A stretch of DNA of 60,452 nucleotides, filler included, from Sphacelaria rigidula (GCA_964200075.2; 6 parts of 6 records of this genome joined end to end with filler, not necessarily neighbours in it), one strand, 5' to 3'. Positions 26,156 through 39,761 are shown, counted from the first letter of the whole stretch. Made by a program: numbers and translations. Notes: a model not told the origin generated them from the sequence alone.

Positions 26156-26473
26156 TCATGCGAACACCATGGCAGCTCCGCTATCCACCAGCTGGGAGGC
26201 GACATCGCCGGTCGCTTGAGCCGCAGCCTGCCCCAAGAGAGCCAGGAAGGCAACAGAGTCCAGAGACACTCCAGACGCTCCCAGCATACCGTCGTTGTTG
26301 TCCAGGCCGAACACATCCTCGCCCTGCTGCTGCATGACGAACAGGTCTTGGCTACGACCGCTCGCGCTTATTATCGACAAAATTAAGCTCACCGCGACCA
26401 CCGCGCCCATCCAGAAACGCCAGTCTTGAGAGAGTTGCTGCCAGCGGGGTGCCTTGCGTATGGCGCCTCGCAT
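26156..26473 (-). CDS. Terminal exon of an unknown protein with one TM helix (WQQLSQDWRFWMGAVVAVSLILSIISAS)
   Basis: gaacag acceptor in phase 0 with the 27596 donor, GC3-rich codons, TGA stop at 26156-26158. Confidence 0.8.
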   Translation of the reverse strand: MRGAIRKAPRWQQLSQDWRFWMGAVVAVSLILSIISASGRSQDLFVMQQQGEDVFGLDNNDGMLGASGVSLDSVAFLALLGQAAAQATGDVASQLVDSGAAMVFA

Positions 26474-27595
26474 CTGTTCGGAGGGAACAGTGTTGCCATG
26501 GGAGTGTAAGGGAAGTGCGGTCTCGGGCGAACTACGTGGGGGAAATTCGAGGCGGACAGATCCGTATTTTCGCCTTCATCTAATTACCATCTCGTCAAAC
26601 GTCTTGATTGCATTTCAGCGGATGGGCGCCGTCAACATAATTTACAGAAGAAAATTAAAGGAGGGAGAGTCCGATAATTGCCACGGGAAAGCTTGGCGTA
26701 TTCGCGAAACTGATCACGAGTTTGTGGCGAACCAGAACTTGTGCGGGGGTGTGCTTGGGTGATGAAAGTTTGAGGCTTTGCTGTGCTCTTGCTTGTGGTT
26801 CGCACAGGAGACAAACACATGGTCACTTTTCACAGAAGCGAGGGTTTCCAAAATGCCACAGGACACAGGTAGCACACTACAGAAAGTTGTAGGGGGGACA
26901 TGTTAACACCCGTGGTGTCGCAAAGATCACACTTTGAAGAATGGATGGTTTCCGAGTTCACTGATAAATACCGGGACGGAAACAAGCTAGTCGCCGTGGC
27001 TTGTGCACAAAAATTCGTGGCCCGCGGTATATGCGTGGCTCCAGCGTCTTCAATGCAAGAGATGCATTTGCACCAAAATATGATTGCTCCGTACCGCCCC
27101 TTTGGCGTCGACACGGACTCCGGCGGTTAAGGAATTCAAACACAACACAGGGTACTAAGGAATAATTGGTCCCGTCTATCAGGCCAAGTTTTCGCTCACC
27201 AATTGTTGTGGACAAGCCAACAGGAGCTTGCAAACTTCGTGGTTTAATCAAAAGTGGAGGTGAAGTGTACAACGTAGACACCATTCGTTATCCGCCCATG
27301 GTCCAGATCCATAGGTTAGCCTTGCTCTTGACTTGGTTGAGAAACGCAACTTCTTGTGCAGGCAGGATTCGAAGCGAGAGGCGCACTACAGCTAAACGAT
27401 GGAATCAGCTTCGTCCTGATCAAATCGCGTCCTCTTCAGGAACGAAGCTCTACAGTAGATGCACACTGCTGCCCCTGTACAAGACAAACTCATCGCGACA
27501 TCACGTGCAAATATACGAGACGTACGAGGCTCATGTCTTGCCCTCGCTGTAGACGACGTGCCGTGACGGAGATTCCCAGTTGTTTGGTTCTTTAC

Positions 27596-27814
27596 CTGGT
27601 ATGACGTTTGCTGAGCCGCCTTCTGAGCTTCGCGGGCTTTCAACTTGACCCAGTCGGCCGGGTCAGCATCCTGAGCTTTCCGCTTCTTGGCGGCAATCTT
27701 ACTGTTCCTGTCTTTGGTCTTGAGCTTTCGCATATCGCGATCCCTAGCCTTGAGCTTCTCGTCAAGCTCGCCAGCGTTCAGCTTGCGCAGCTCTTCATCC
27801 CAGTCCACAGTCAT
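27596..27814 (-). CDS. Exon of the same gene (MTVDWDEELRKLNAGELDEK...QQTSYQ); further 5' exons unresolved
   Basis: tttcag acceptor, CAG|gtaaag donor, 219 nt, strong coding codon bias. Confidence 0.8.
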
Positions 27815-28920
27815 CTGAAACGCTCACGGGGTACAACGAAACGGCGCAAGATCCCTTTTCAGACGTCGAGACAGATTGCGGGCGTGATACATGCGGACCT
27901 GATGGGTAAAACTCTGTGGTCTCTTGCTGTCGGCACTGCAGTCTTGGCCACTTCAAGTATCAGGCGTTTTAGTGCGTCGCCGCCACGGTGCTCTGGGCTG
28001 TGACCCAGAGGCTATAAATAGGCCCATGTGACGTAACACCAATCGCCAAAGTGTCGGCAAGATGAAGGTCACGTTTCAGGCTTGGGGGTTTAGTCGGTCC
28101 AGAGGATACTTGAGGTTGTGCTTCGCACACATATTCAAGCTCGAGACAAGTGCCGGTAAATGGCAAACAGAACATATACCGAGACAGATTTACTTAAATA
28201 AATTACCGGTCGAGTCCACATCACAAGCCAGACCTTCCACAAACGGATGAGGGTGGCTCAAAGTGAAGTGAAAGAAGCGCGACTACGGCCGAGCGTTCCA
28301 ACTTGGCACTCGCCGAAAATTGAGGACCTATGCAAAATCAGGCGTTTGGCTCAAACATGGGACATGTACTGTTTCACCACTGTACTTCAGCAAAACCTCT
28401 CAAGCCCTTCGTCATGTGTAGGAGCTTCTACTGCCTGTGCTGTGGTGTGTGTTCCACGTATTGGGAGGACGCTGTTCTCGTTTTGTTCGTCCCTGAAGAA
28501 AACAGTAGTAGTCGGGACGCAGTGCCGGCTACACACTGTTGGAAACTTCTCGGTGTATTGGCTATCTGGTCTTCCGTAAAACGAACAACGCGCTGACCGT
28601 TGCTGCGACACTCATGCTGGTGCCGTGCGTTCTACTGCACTGTACCAACGTATTGTGTTTCGTCCACTATACTGTACTGTCTATACTGTCCTGTCTTGGA
28701 ACATGGTATGGGATTAGACCGCACGAACACCAGGTGTTGAGTCACTTTCGAGGCAACTATCAAGGAAAATGAAGCGATTTGATTGGCGATTTACCAAGTA
28801 AATCTGTCCCACTCTAGATGTAGTCTGCCTGATTGATGTCAGCGAGGGTTACCCGCGGCGTTGAAAGTTCAAAGACGCCGCTGAGCCTCCTCTCGTCTGG
28901 CTGCTGCACATGTATGTACT

Positions 28921-29300
28921 TTGTGTGTGTGTGTGTCTTGTCGTCCCCTCTATCCTTCACGACAGTTTACACCTTCCGGTATGTGTGGGCGCGTCAGCCG
29001 GGGTCACATAGGAGACAAGGTTAACACAGGAGTTTTTCTCTCTTGTTTGTTTTTTATACTCCACCTTCCCAGTGCGGTGTTTGTCTTTTCTTATTTATCG
29101 CGAGAGGAGTTCACTGGTCATCTTCCATTGTCGACCACCAAGTCGACTTTGGTGTACGCAAGACTTCAGCGCTTTCCACTGTACTGTTGAGCATGGTGTG
29201 AGAAAAAAAATCCAGATCGTACCGAGATTTGAACTGACGACCCGACCGTTAAAAGGGTTCGAGCTCACCAGCTGAGCCACCGTGGCACCCGGTTTGTCCG
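28921..29300 (-). mobile_element. tRNA-derived SINE with (CA)n tail
   Basis: A box TGGCTCAGCTGG and B box GTTCAAATC. Body colinear with 45547-45911. Confidence 0.8.
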
Positions 29301-30178
29301 CCATCATACAGTTGTGTACGTACTCGTGTCAGGGAATTCGCCCCATTTCCCAATCAGCAAGTAAAGTGGTATTTTTGACACGGACGCAATGCCCTGTGTA
29401 CCTTTCGGCGGTACGACAGAATTACATGAGAGGGTATTCGAGCTTGTTCTTCACAACGCGTTTGATCAAAAGCATGGAGAAATTGTACAGTGACAAATGT
29501 TCTTGCGAATCCTCTACTTGTATTTATACAATCGTCCAAGTGTGGGAAATACGCAAAAGAGGTATCACCTCTAATTACCCAAATATTGGGCAGAGCAGAC
29601 TGAAACTTCGCCCTTCGATCACAGGGGTGGGTCATCTGGGTCTCGGACTCATTTTTCGAGTGAAAATGACGTGGATTTGCAAGATGAAAGAAGATTAATA
29701 CTGTACTATACGTGGTCATGGAACAACGTCCAGACGTGGTCATGGAACAACGTCCAATGCGGAACAACGGAAACAATTGTGATGTCGCGGTCGAATCTAT
29801 GCCAGAGCTGCAAGAGGGCAACCACACAACACATTTCCATCGTCTTGTCTCTCCTGGTTTGTGATCACAGAGAATACCATGCGGGGTAGGACGGGCATGA
29901 CAAATATACACTCAAGCCAGAGGCCAGGTGTGATACGTACGCCCCTATCTAGGCGCTTGTGCGGAGGTCCGATCATGCATCGCCCTTGTTGATCTACATG
30001 CATGGCAGCGTACTGCCATCATGCCTCACCTCAAAGTCAACGTCTTCTTCCCGGGATTCGAGCTGCATCAACACAGAGTTTCGGGGTCCTGCTATTATAG
30101 CAGTTCGCACAGATGGACAATGCGCACGTGCATGGGGGGGGGGGGGGGGGGGGGGGAAGAGGAGAGGGGGGGGGGGGC

Positions 30179-30278
30179 NNNNNNNNNNNNNNNNNNNNNN
30201 NNNNNNNNNNNNNNNNNNNNNNTTAATTAATTAANNNNNNNNNNNNNNNNNNNNNNNNNNNNNNNNNNNNNNNNNNNN
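30179..30278. other. Artificial contig linker
   Basis: N..TTAATTAATTAA..N. Confidence 0.98.
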
Positions 30279-30369
30279 GATCATGGCCCAACTCGTCCGT
30301 GTCGACGAGATATTGCTTTGAGAGCTTCAATCCGTGTCTAGGCTGGCCCAGCTCGTATACCGCAGACGA

Positions 30370-30905
30370 ATCATTTCCGCCATGCCCCTTTATGGCGAAG
30401 ACCCCCTAAAACACGGAGATTCTCCTTGGAGTGGTCCCCCCAGCAGCTGAAGGGCCGGCCGCAGCCTCCTTGGGCCCTTGTGTCGCTGACCTTTCTCGAG
30501 CGCACTGAATGGGTCTCGTAGCCAGATCGCCCCGTCCTGGGGAATTGAACCACTCGCAGCACAGCTTGTGGTGGGCTGCACGCAGACTCTTGAAGTTCTC
30601 GGGACGTAACTTTCATGTAGCACATCCTTACAGCATAGCTTCCACCGCCGTCCCTATGAGCAGCCGGATTTTCATAGTAAGCTGGGCGTTGGGTGGATAG
30701 TAAAAGTGGGAACTATACCTTCGGAGGCGTACCCGCGCAGCGCCCATGCGGAGTCTGACTTTTATGGAAAGATTCGAATCTGCGCTGACAGCACCACGAA
30801 GGTAGACAACCTCGGTCGTCTGCTTGAACCTTTGTCCTGCCGCGTTGATGTGCAGTGCAGTCTCTGCGGGGCCATCTAGGCATTGCGACTTCGAAATAGG
30901 TTACA
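30370..30905 (-). mobile_element. Degenerate RTE-like LINE fragment (post-RT region)
   Basis: TALHINAAGQRFKQTTEVVYL, KIRLL...VEAML.GC, FKSLRAAHHKL; homologous to 33190-33480. Confidence 0.7.
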
Positions 30906-32669
30906 CGGGGTCCGCCGTGATCACCGACTCCGGTTGAAGCACACGATCTCAAGTCCAAGGCTCGATATTTAACTCGAGATTCCCAGTCGAAAGATGCAGA
31001 TTAAAGCTTAAACTCGGAATAAAAAGTTCAAAACTTGAGCCCTCCATTGAAATTTGAGGTTCAACTTGAATCATATCCTCTGAAGTTTCCACTTGGACAT
31101 CGATCGCGCATTGAGAACCTTAGATATTAGGTTTCATTCGCAATGAACATCCAGGCAAGCGTCAAAGTCGAGGTTTCGGGAGGACCCTTGTCGTGCTCAT
31201 ACGATGCTCGACTGGAATCTTCAAGTTGAATGAACGTTTTAGCTTGAATCCTAAATCCTGAATTCAGGTTGAGAATTCAAGTTGAGTGCAAAGGTAGTTT
31301 CGAAGATCGAGCAGTGAAGGTTAAACTCGAAAGTCGAAGACTGAGTTGAGACTCGGGTTAAATCTTCGACTGCCCGGTTGAGCCTGTATTGAATTAAATT
31401 GAACTTCGGCTTTCGTAGGTGAAGCGATGTAGCTCGTCAACGAAGAGAGCATAGACAATACTGGGAGACGCGGCTTCGTTGTGGGCGATATGTAGACAGC
31501 AAATTCCAGGGTATTCACATGGTTTAGTTCGTGATTTCTTTCTGTGCTTTGCTTGTGTTGACTTTTTTTCATTCCTATTTTTTTGTTATAACTTAGTCTG
31601 CTATGTCGTGCTCTTCGACTTTTTTTTTTATTTATGTCCCTTCTTTTGTTCAGAGCATCTATCATGAGACCACGGGTGGACCCCTGGGGGGTCAGTTAAA
31701 GCGCGAGAATCTATCAAGAAAAAAACAATCAGTGTTTGTACATGGTACTGACCGAATAACCAGGGGGAAAGCGCGGTATACTGAAAAGCCATCGCGCCCC
31801 TCCTGTGCTGAAGTACATTTTTTGCTCTTGCACCGACAAGGGCGAGAATGCTTTTCCTCCGATGTTTGTTGAAATAGCATTGATTCATTCTAAGCAGTTT
31901 TCAAGTCTTTTGTATTGGATGTTTTAGTCTCTTGGGGCGAGGTGTCCTCCTCGTTTTTGCGTCTCATCTTCGCGTTATGTGTGAATAATGTGCCTGAAAA
32001 TCATGTGGCAAAATACCAATGGTACATTCTCCGGAATATACGTCTGCACAGCTGAGCAAGCAGACGGCAAACCGCCAAAATATTTGTATCCACAAAAACT
32101 CTGGAAATTTCAATCCAGAATACATAAGAAGCGCTTGATTCAAATTAGTGCTGGTCCAACAAACATCGACGGATAAGCCCTCTCGTCCTTGTAGGTGGAA
32201 ATTTCCATTTCAGCAGTTAAGTTGCGACAACCGATCAATCGACAATCAAGTCCAGCAGAAGTGGTACGGTGGCGTCACAGTACACAGCGCTTACCCCCCT
32301 CACTATTTATGTCAGTGCCGTGTACATCCACTATCCTGTTTGGAAATCCGGAATTTTCTGCCTATATATAGCCCGTAACGAAGTCGCATTGCACCGTATT
32401 CTCTGCGTCTTCAATGCTCGCGAACTGCATCTCTTCACTCACGCCGAATGACATACAATGGCACACAGGGTTCAACACCTGCCCCGAGCTCTCGCACCCG
32501 CCACTCACACGCGGCACCCCCTTCGAGCTCTGCCTCTTCGCAATCATCCCGTGCTTTTGAGAGGGTCATAGCGTAGCGAACAAATTCATTTACTGCGACA
32601 ATAATCTCCCAAGCGCCACAGGTTTTGGTGAAAATGTCGTTGCCAATGGCCACAGAATACTGTAGTCAT

Positions 32670-33950
32670 TGTCCATATTCCACGATTCCAGCACGCACAC
32701 GTTTGCGGGAAGTACCCGTCTGTTTCAGAGTCCTGCCGTGAATTATCAAGACTATCTGAATGTTGCACGATGGCATGCAAGCTCGAATACAGCTAGATGA
32801 TGGCGTGCCATTAGAATGGTTCCACGTCCACCAGGGACTCAGGCAAGGACACGTTTCGTCCCCGCTATTTTTCAATTTGTTCAGCGCAGCACGGGTCGAC
32901 GTGGTCTTCTTCAGTTTCGTGGCAGACCCGACCAATGTCTTAAGCTCGGTATATATGAAATACGTGTTCAAACGTCGCGATGCTAACCACGTTGAAGAAG
33001 CGTTGCTGGAGAGGGTGCGGTACGGGATGTGGGGACTGCTGTATGTGGATGACGCAGGCATAGCTTTGAGGTCTCCAGACGGGTTTGCTACAGTGATGGC
33101 TTTGATATTGGTGGTTCTCCAGGAGTTCGAATTTAGGGTATCGGAGAACAAGACAAAGTCCATGTGCCTGTGGTCAGCACCCATCACCCTGGAAACTACG
33201 CTGCACATCAAGGCGGTAAACCAGTCGTAGAAGCGGACAAACGGGGCTTACATGCCTTGGTGCTGTCAGCGCAGACGCTAATACCTACGTGAAAATCAAG
33301 CGCTGATTCAGCGCTGCGTGGGCGCGTATCTCAAAGTATAGTTTTACCCCACAGTTCGGCTGCCCGAAGCAGAGGTGATGGAAGCGATGCTGTGGGGGCA
33401 TGCTGCATTACATCGATCCTGCGCCCAGAAGACGCTGAAAGCCTCCGCACTGCCGACCACAAGCTGTTATTGTGAGCAGCTGGCTTCCGCAGGGAAGATC
33501 GCACTACACACGACGCTATTTCGTCCAAAGTTGTGCACGAGATGACCCAATGGTAGCGGATCATGACGAACATTCTCAATTGTCGACTTTAGTCCGCGAC
33601 GGCGCGTTTCCAATAGGCCGACACGCCTCTGACGGAGCGCGTCATGTTCAAACGGTTGGGAGTGGAAACGTCCAACGACGCTGGTCGGTCCTTAAAAGAC
33701 TGGGGAGACTACCTTCATGAGAACCTGCACTCCTCAGGAGCTATCCCACGCACGAGATAACGAAACGGGCGATTAGCCTACGGCGTGAAAGTTAAAGACT
33801 CGCAAGATGGAACACTGCCACAAAGAACATAGACCAATAGCACATGGGGATCAAGAAACGGGTGGGGTTTGAGGACGCGTAGTGATGCAAAGACCTACCG
33901 CAATCGGACCTGCGACACAAGCAATCGGTTTCGCGCTAAGAGCCGCCAAC
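32670..33950 (+). mobile_element. Degenerate RTE-like LINE reverse transcriptase and C-terminal region
   Basis: LHDGMQAR...F.V.QGLRQG..SP.FFN, LLYVDDA and VSENKTKSM (RT motifs); stops and frameshifts downstream. Confidence 0.9.
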
Positions 33951-34678
33951 AAGATAGTCACCACCCTTGGCATAACAAGAGCAGTGACGGACAATGAAGA
34001 ATCCGGCACGGATAAGGTCGAAAGAGTGGACCGCTTTGCCCCTGGCCAGGAATAAGCTGGGGGAGGCGCGGGTAGCACAGACACTGATATACCCCCGTCT
34101 TGTCCTATCGGTTGTTGACATCCTTTCCTCGGCTTGCAACCTTGGCGATGTTTCCTAGCTGCGTTCCCGTAAATGTTCTGTTTTGTCTTCGAGCCTCCTT
34201 CTCTTTCTGCCTTCCCCAATCTTCAAGCTACAGCCCTCGTTTTCTCTCTCGCTTTCTCTCCTTCTTGATTCTCTGCCTCTCTGTTCTCTTCTTCTCCATA
34301 TCCTCCTCTTCGTTCTCCCGCTTTGGTTTTGTTTTGCTTCGTTTCCTTACACTTCCCCTTTGGATCGTGTTCGATGTTGGAGTACCCTCGTTTCCAACGA
34401 AGCAATTGAGAGTTTGTACTGGTATGTTCCCGCATAGCTGATTCCACAGCCTTTTTCTTGTATAGAACTCTGTTCGAAGTCGTGTCATGGCCTTGTACAA
34501 GACTTCCTCTTGCCCCTTGCTACTTTGAAAAACTCTTGAGAGCTGTCCACTTTCGCATTTTCCTTCCCATGACCTTCGTATTTGTCCCTTTCATCCTTTT
34601 TTCGCCCGAGATAATTTGTAACGATATTTTACGTGAATTTACCTTCGTCATCCCCGTGTGGTGAACTCGGTTACTCGT

Positions 34679-35929
34679 TAGGCATTAGCTCCGTAAGCGC
34701 GCTTAAGGTTTAGCTCAATTTGGGGTTCTCGGGCTCAAATAAACTCTTTTCGAAAAGCTTAAAGAGAGCTTGAAATGTGCTCAAAACGCGCATGAAATTG
34801 CGATATTTTTTCATGCGCCTCCTACAGCCAGTGTATCAGCTGTTTGAGAGTGCTCCCTACCGTCTATGACGTGACTCGTCACTCGCTAATTGTCACCAGA
34901 CAGGCTTCAAAAGTCAATACTCCAAACTGCCATGGTTGCGGGTCTGATAAAAAAAACGTTTCTGTTTGTGTTTCATATATTTGATACCATGCTGAATCGA
35001 AAAATGCAATCAATAGTTTGTACAATAGTTGTGCCATGGGGCCCATTGTACATTGTACAGCGTACAACCTACAGCGTTAGCTCATCGACTTCGTGTATAT
35101 TAAACAGCATCCAGGCTGCAGCGGAGAGGAGGTCCGCCAGCTTGCTGTTTTCCCCTTCGTGACCCCCGAGCTCATGGGCGGGCCTTTTGTCCGAGAAGGA
35201 TGACTTTTTGGTCGCGGCCTCGGGCGCTCTCTCAAATTACGGTTTGCTGTCGTTTTGGGACGATAACAAAACAAGGCTTCCTACTTCGTATCTCGTGGCG
35301 ACGGATATCGTACGTATTCAGCCACTGTCCGCATTTATTGAGCGAGTGTTTTCCATTTTGAGGGGGTGTTTGGACTCCCGCCAGGAGAGGGCGTTAGGTG
35401 ACCGGATCGAAGCCGCGGTTATGCTCAAGTCCAGTCGAAGCCGGAAGTTTGACACGATTTGAAATTTCGACTGATGGTGGATGATTGGGGGGGGCGGGGG
35501 CGATAGCTTGTAGCTTGAAGCTTGCCGGGCGAGAGGCCAAAGGCTGCAATACCCTGTGACCAGAGGCTGCAATGACCTACTGCTGCATCATGTATGATGA
35601 GTGTACGTAGTGCGGGCACGTTGTTTCGTTAGGTGGTTTGAGCTGGCATTCAGACTCCATGATCGAAGAAAAGTCCTTTTTTTCAATTGAAAACAATTTT
35701 GAAAACTTTTTAAATACCCAAATTGTCGTCTTCTCCTCATGTGGAAGGCGCGCCTTGTGAGGGGATACTGCCACAACGCCACAACAAGGACACGAAGGGG
35801 GCGCATAAAGTACGCATATTTTCGCTGAAAAAGGCTTAAAATGGGGCATAATACAAGGGGGGAAAGCCTATAAAAACAAAATAACGGGGCTTAGTTTTTT
35901 AAGAAACGGGCTCACGGAGCTAATTCCTA
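34679..35929 (+). mobile_element. Internally deleted hAT transposon retaining the C-terminal dimerisation domain (about 35187-35462)
   Basis: TIRs TAGGCATTAGCTCCGTAAGC / GCTCACGGAGCTAATTCCTA; degenerate 8-bp TSD ttactcgt/ctaatctt; FW...LP...A..I..IQPLSAFIERVFS. Confidence 0.88.
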
Positions 35930-36015
35930 CTAATCTTTTGCTCTCTCATCCTCATACTTGAGCAACACTACACCGACCTACCCCTGTTTCGTTATTCAAC
36001 TCTCCTGTTTGACAG

Positions 36016-36186
36016 CGCAACCGCCTTGTATCGGATCATATGTGGAACACAACGATCAGAGGTCTCGCGGAAAGCGCCGTGGTGTTGACCAGGGAGTTGG
36101 TTGATGGTACCGAAAGCAAGTCCTCGTACCTCGGCGACCGCGCCGTTCGCGTTGGAGCAGCCCTGTTTTGGGACAACCGGGCCAAG
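36016..36186 (+). CDS. Exon of the beta-helix/REJ-type surface protein (RNRLVSDHMWNTTIRG...VGAALFWDNRAK)
   Basis: Pyrimidine tract plus gacag acceptor, AAG|gtgagg donor, 171 nt, phase 0 into 36675. Confidence 0.65.
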
Positions 36187-36674
36187 GTGAGGCGCATGAC
36201 ATCATTGGCCGATTTCGTGATGAAGTGACTCGTGAGCCCGTCTAGCCAAGCCCACGAGAAATCGGCACACAAACCCGTTCGCGGGGTATGTGTTGGGTGA
36301 GGGTTTCTCCATTCTTTGAAGTAAAAATAACGACCTGGCCGCTCAAGACGGGGCCGTCAAGCCGCTGCCTGCAGCTCAGTGCTGGGTTCGGCGCACCAGC
36401 TATGCTAGGTTCTAGCAATTCGCGACGACGCCAACCTACTGCCAATCACTATATGACTGATGGCAGTGAAAACTGTCCCTCTCGTTCGTGTTGAGAGCGG
36501 AAAGTTGGTGTTATTGCAAACGGTGTCATCATCTTGAGGAAGCCGGACCCGGCGAATCGCGTTTTGAGGTGCCTGTCGACAAACGAGATTCTGTACTGTA
36601 GTGCAGACCGTCCGTAGTGCTCACTCTGTCGACAAAAACGTTGGCCATCTCGCATGCACTCCCCGCAAACTCAG

Positions 36675-36819
36675 ATTGACAACAAGACCCTGATCATCTC
36701 GGGATGTACTTTCAGCGGAAATTCAGTTGGTGTGGTGGACGAAGGCTCGTGGGGTGGAGCTGTGGTGGCTGCTGGGGGCACCATAAATGTCACGTCTACA
36801 GTTTTCACAAGCAACCTGG
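36675..36819 (+). CDS. Exon with PMP-like parallel beta-helix repeats (FSGN...WGGAV...FTSN)
   Basis: ctcag acceptor, G|gtgaga donor; FxxN and GGA(V) motifs. Confidence 0.85.
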
Positions 36820-37072
36820 GTGAGAACTCTCACCAGAACGCGATTCTTCGGCTCAAGAAGCGAGCTGTCCATTCGCACTGTATCCTCTCCACTCCTTCAG
36901 TACATGCCAAACCATAGTCTAGATTAAGTTGTAATCGGGGCGCTGCGAATACTTCTGGTACTTACCATTTGATGCGACGTCCTGTTACACTTCCACTGCA
37001 CTTTCGCGTGTATCTTTCCCGTCTGCCTCGCCTACGACTCCCGTATTAATCGCCATGCTTCGTCGCGCGCAG

Positions 37073-37421
37073 CTACGTTTGGGGGTGCGCTAGTTGTTCA
37101 ATTGGCGACCTTGACCATCACGGACAGTGAGTTCACAGGGAATTTCGCCGACCAAGTAGGGGGAGCGCTGCTTCAAGTCGCTGTTGGATCGATGAGTCTC
37201 ACCGAAACGACGTTCGACAGCAACATTGCCGAGGAGGCAGGAGGGGCCATAGCCGTTATTACGGCCTCAGCAAATGACACTTACATCATTGAAGACTCCG
37301 CGTTCGTGGGAAATAGCGCCGGCGGCGAGGGAGGGGGGGCTGTTGTACTTCTGGTGGATGCGGGATCGGGTGATGTCGCTGATGTTGGAGAATCGGTCAC
37401 TGGAAGCATGATCCTTGCAAA
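37073..37421 (+). CDS. Exon with four GGA(L/I/V) and three FxxN repeats
   Basis: cgcag acceptor (phase 1), AA|gtgggt donor (phase 2); FGGAL, FTGN..VGGAL, FDSN..AGGAI, FVGN..GGGAV. Confidence 0.88.
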
Positions 37422-37719
37422 GTGGGTGTTCTGTACGAGCAGTCAGTCGGTGGGGCAGACGGAAAGAACGAAATCATGAGCCATAAAACCAACGAGCCAT
37501 GACCACGACCTCGACCTCGACCATGCCCATGACCCGAGTGGAGAACACTCCCACCGGATCGGAAGAATGCAATAACCGTGAACCGGGTAGTATCTATTTT
37601 TTGAAGAACTTGTTAAAATGTACCGAATGTTGGAGGTTGCGCATACCTACTCTTCACGGATTGATGGCGATCTTCACTTGTTCCCCCTATACCTGCCGCA
37701 TTCTGTTCTACTGGTTCAG

Positions 37720-37823
37720 CCCTGTGTTTGAATACAATAGTGCTGGTCGGTACGGGGCTAACGTCAACGTCATGTGCGGCAACGTGGTGGTGGATAGCGC
37801 CAACTACATTCAATATGCCAAAG
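37720..37823 (+). CDS. Exon PVFEYNSAGRYGANVNVMCGNVVVDSANYIQYAK
   Basis: ttcag acceptor (phase 2), G|gtgagt donor (phase 1). Confidence 0.8.
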
Positions 37824-38345
37824 GTGAGTTGCATTTGTCCTGTGCAGGACCATCAGCCAATAGTACCGTGGTTGGGAAAATACCCTATATCTTCATTTAT
37901 TTCCTAAATTTCCGGTCTCTCTCATCCTCTCGCGCTCTTCCCTTTTCTTCCTTCCCTATTGCCTTTTCCTTTCGGTAAGTCTTTTTGGCTTTCGTTTTGT
38001 GGATGCGATAGCAATGTGTGTGTCTCACCTCAGCAAGCTCGATTGTGAGCGTCCATGCTCGATTAGTCTGACTCCCGAAAAAGATGACTCGCTACTTGTT
38101 TTCAGTGCATCTTTCGGTTTGTTTTTATTCTTATGTTTTTTGTAGTTTTTGTGTACGACCTCCTTCCCTCAACCCATGCGGCAACGGATGGGCATTTTGT
38201 TGTCCACTATGATCACCGTTATTGTCGTACTTATTTATTTTTTCCTTATTTTGGTAATGTGTCTGGTAAGGAATAGCAAGGATGGTATTGGAACGGCGAG
38301 CCTACGTCTGTGACCACGGGTCCGCGAGATCGGACTAATGTGCGG

Positions 38346-38465
38346 AAATAATAATCATAATAATAATTGTCATTGTTGTGGTTGTGGTTGTTGTCATCAG
38401 TAGTAGTATTCTTATTACTATCGTTATTATTGTTGTTGGTGTTGTTGTTACTGTAATTATTATCC
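38346..38465. repeat. Compound trinucleotide microsatellite (AAT/GTT/TAG/ATT)
   Basis: Directly visible. Confidence 0.85.
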
Positions 38466-39761
38466 TCAGGAACGATACCAGATCTATCTCCACGCTTTTC
38501 TTGTTCCTATCATTTCCTTTTTCCAGTCTGTCCTTTTTCCTTCCACCGGTTTGCTTTGTTTGCTGTATTTTGTTATGCATATTTCCTGTTCGCTGTATTT
38601 TTTTTTTTTATCTTCCTCCATCATCGAGTGCCCTATATCTACAGTACTGTACCTGATGTACCTGGTGTTTTCATGAAACTGCTGGCTTTGCCGTGAATGC
38701 CTCTATCTTTTGGCCATTACTGGAGTTGTTGGGGATTCATGGGGGGAAAATTGATATACCACACACGAATAGTCAATCAAGCAATGAATCAATGCTATTT
38801 TTTTACTCTCTGGGCAGAGCGTCACTCTTACAGTCTGATCTTTCAGTCAATCCCTTCTGCGCAAACAGTTTACATGTGCTACCACGAGGTCCTTCGCCAT
38901 GCGAAGCCCCGGCGTTATCCTCACACGATTGCATGTTCAACTGAACGTTTCGGCGATCAATTACGTAGGGTAGAGAGCTCCCTGCTGGAGACATGACACC
39001 CGATCAACATGTCACTCCATGCTGCTATCTAAGCCTCTTGTTACACTCGCCGAGGCCAGCCAGCTGGGATGTACCTGGATTCTCCATCCCCACATGCATC
39101 GCAACCTTTTATGGTAGTAGGCCTTGAGATTCCAGGTAGGCCTGTAATCGAGTTCGCTACTTTCAAACATCCTTTCCACAAATCCGTGCTATCGCCCTCC
39201 GCTATCGTCCGCCGCCTAACAACTTTAATATTGTATATTGGCAGACGGTGCGGACTTCACGATACCACCTTCTTACGGAAATTGCTCCTCGTTGTCCTTC
39301 ATCTGGTCCGACGAAGAGGGTCCTGAATTGGTGAGAGACAATACCCTAGGGTTAGTCCTACGAGTATACCTCGTATTAGCCATGTAGCCGTATTCATATA
39401 CGGCCCCTACACGACACCCTCGCAATGAGAAAATCGGTGCACGGTAGAACTTGCACCTAACCACCTCACCACCGCTTGTAAGTCCACAACGGAGGATATC
39501 TGTTCGATGTGCCCTGCTGCACGCGTGTTTCTACACCCACCCTATTTTGCTGTGACGAAACACCCACCCCAGTCGGCTAACATCTGACACAATCAGTCAC
39601 AGTTAGTGCGATTTGCTACAATAACATAGACATCCCTAAGACGGGTTCAACGGGCTCCGCGGCATGAAAGACACGACCCGTCTGACCGTAGCAGGAATGT
39701 ACTAGCGATTCATCAAGTCGACTAACGTCGCCTTTCCGGTTTTATTTCTTCCTTCTTTTAG

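Noticed and set aside
28335..28390. Conserved promoter motif shared with 46298-46346 (AAACATGGGACATGT.CTGTTTCAC)
   Set aside because: It ends in CACTGTA (reverse TA-CAGTG), which fits a Tc1/mariner-type MITE end better than a regulatory site.
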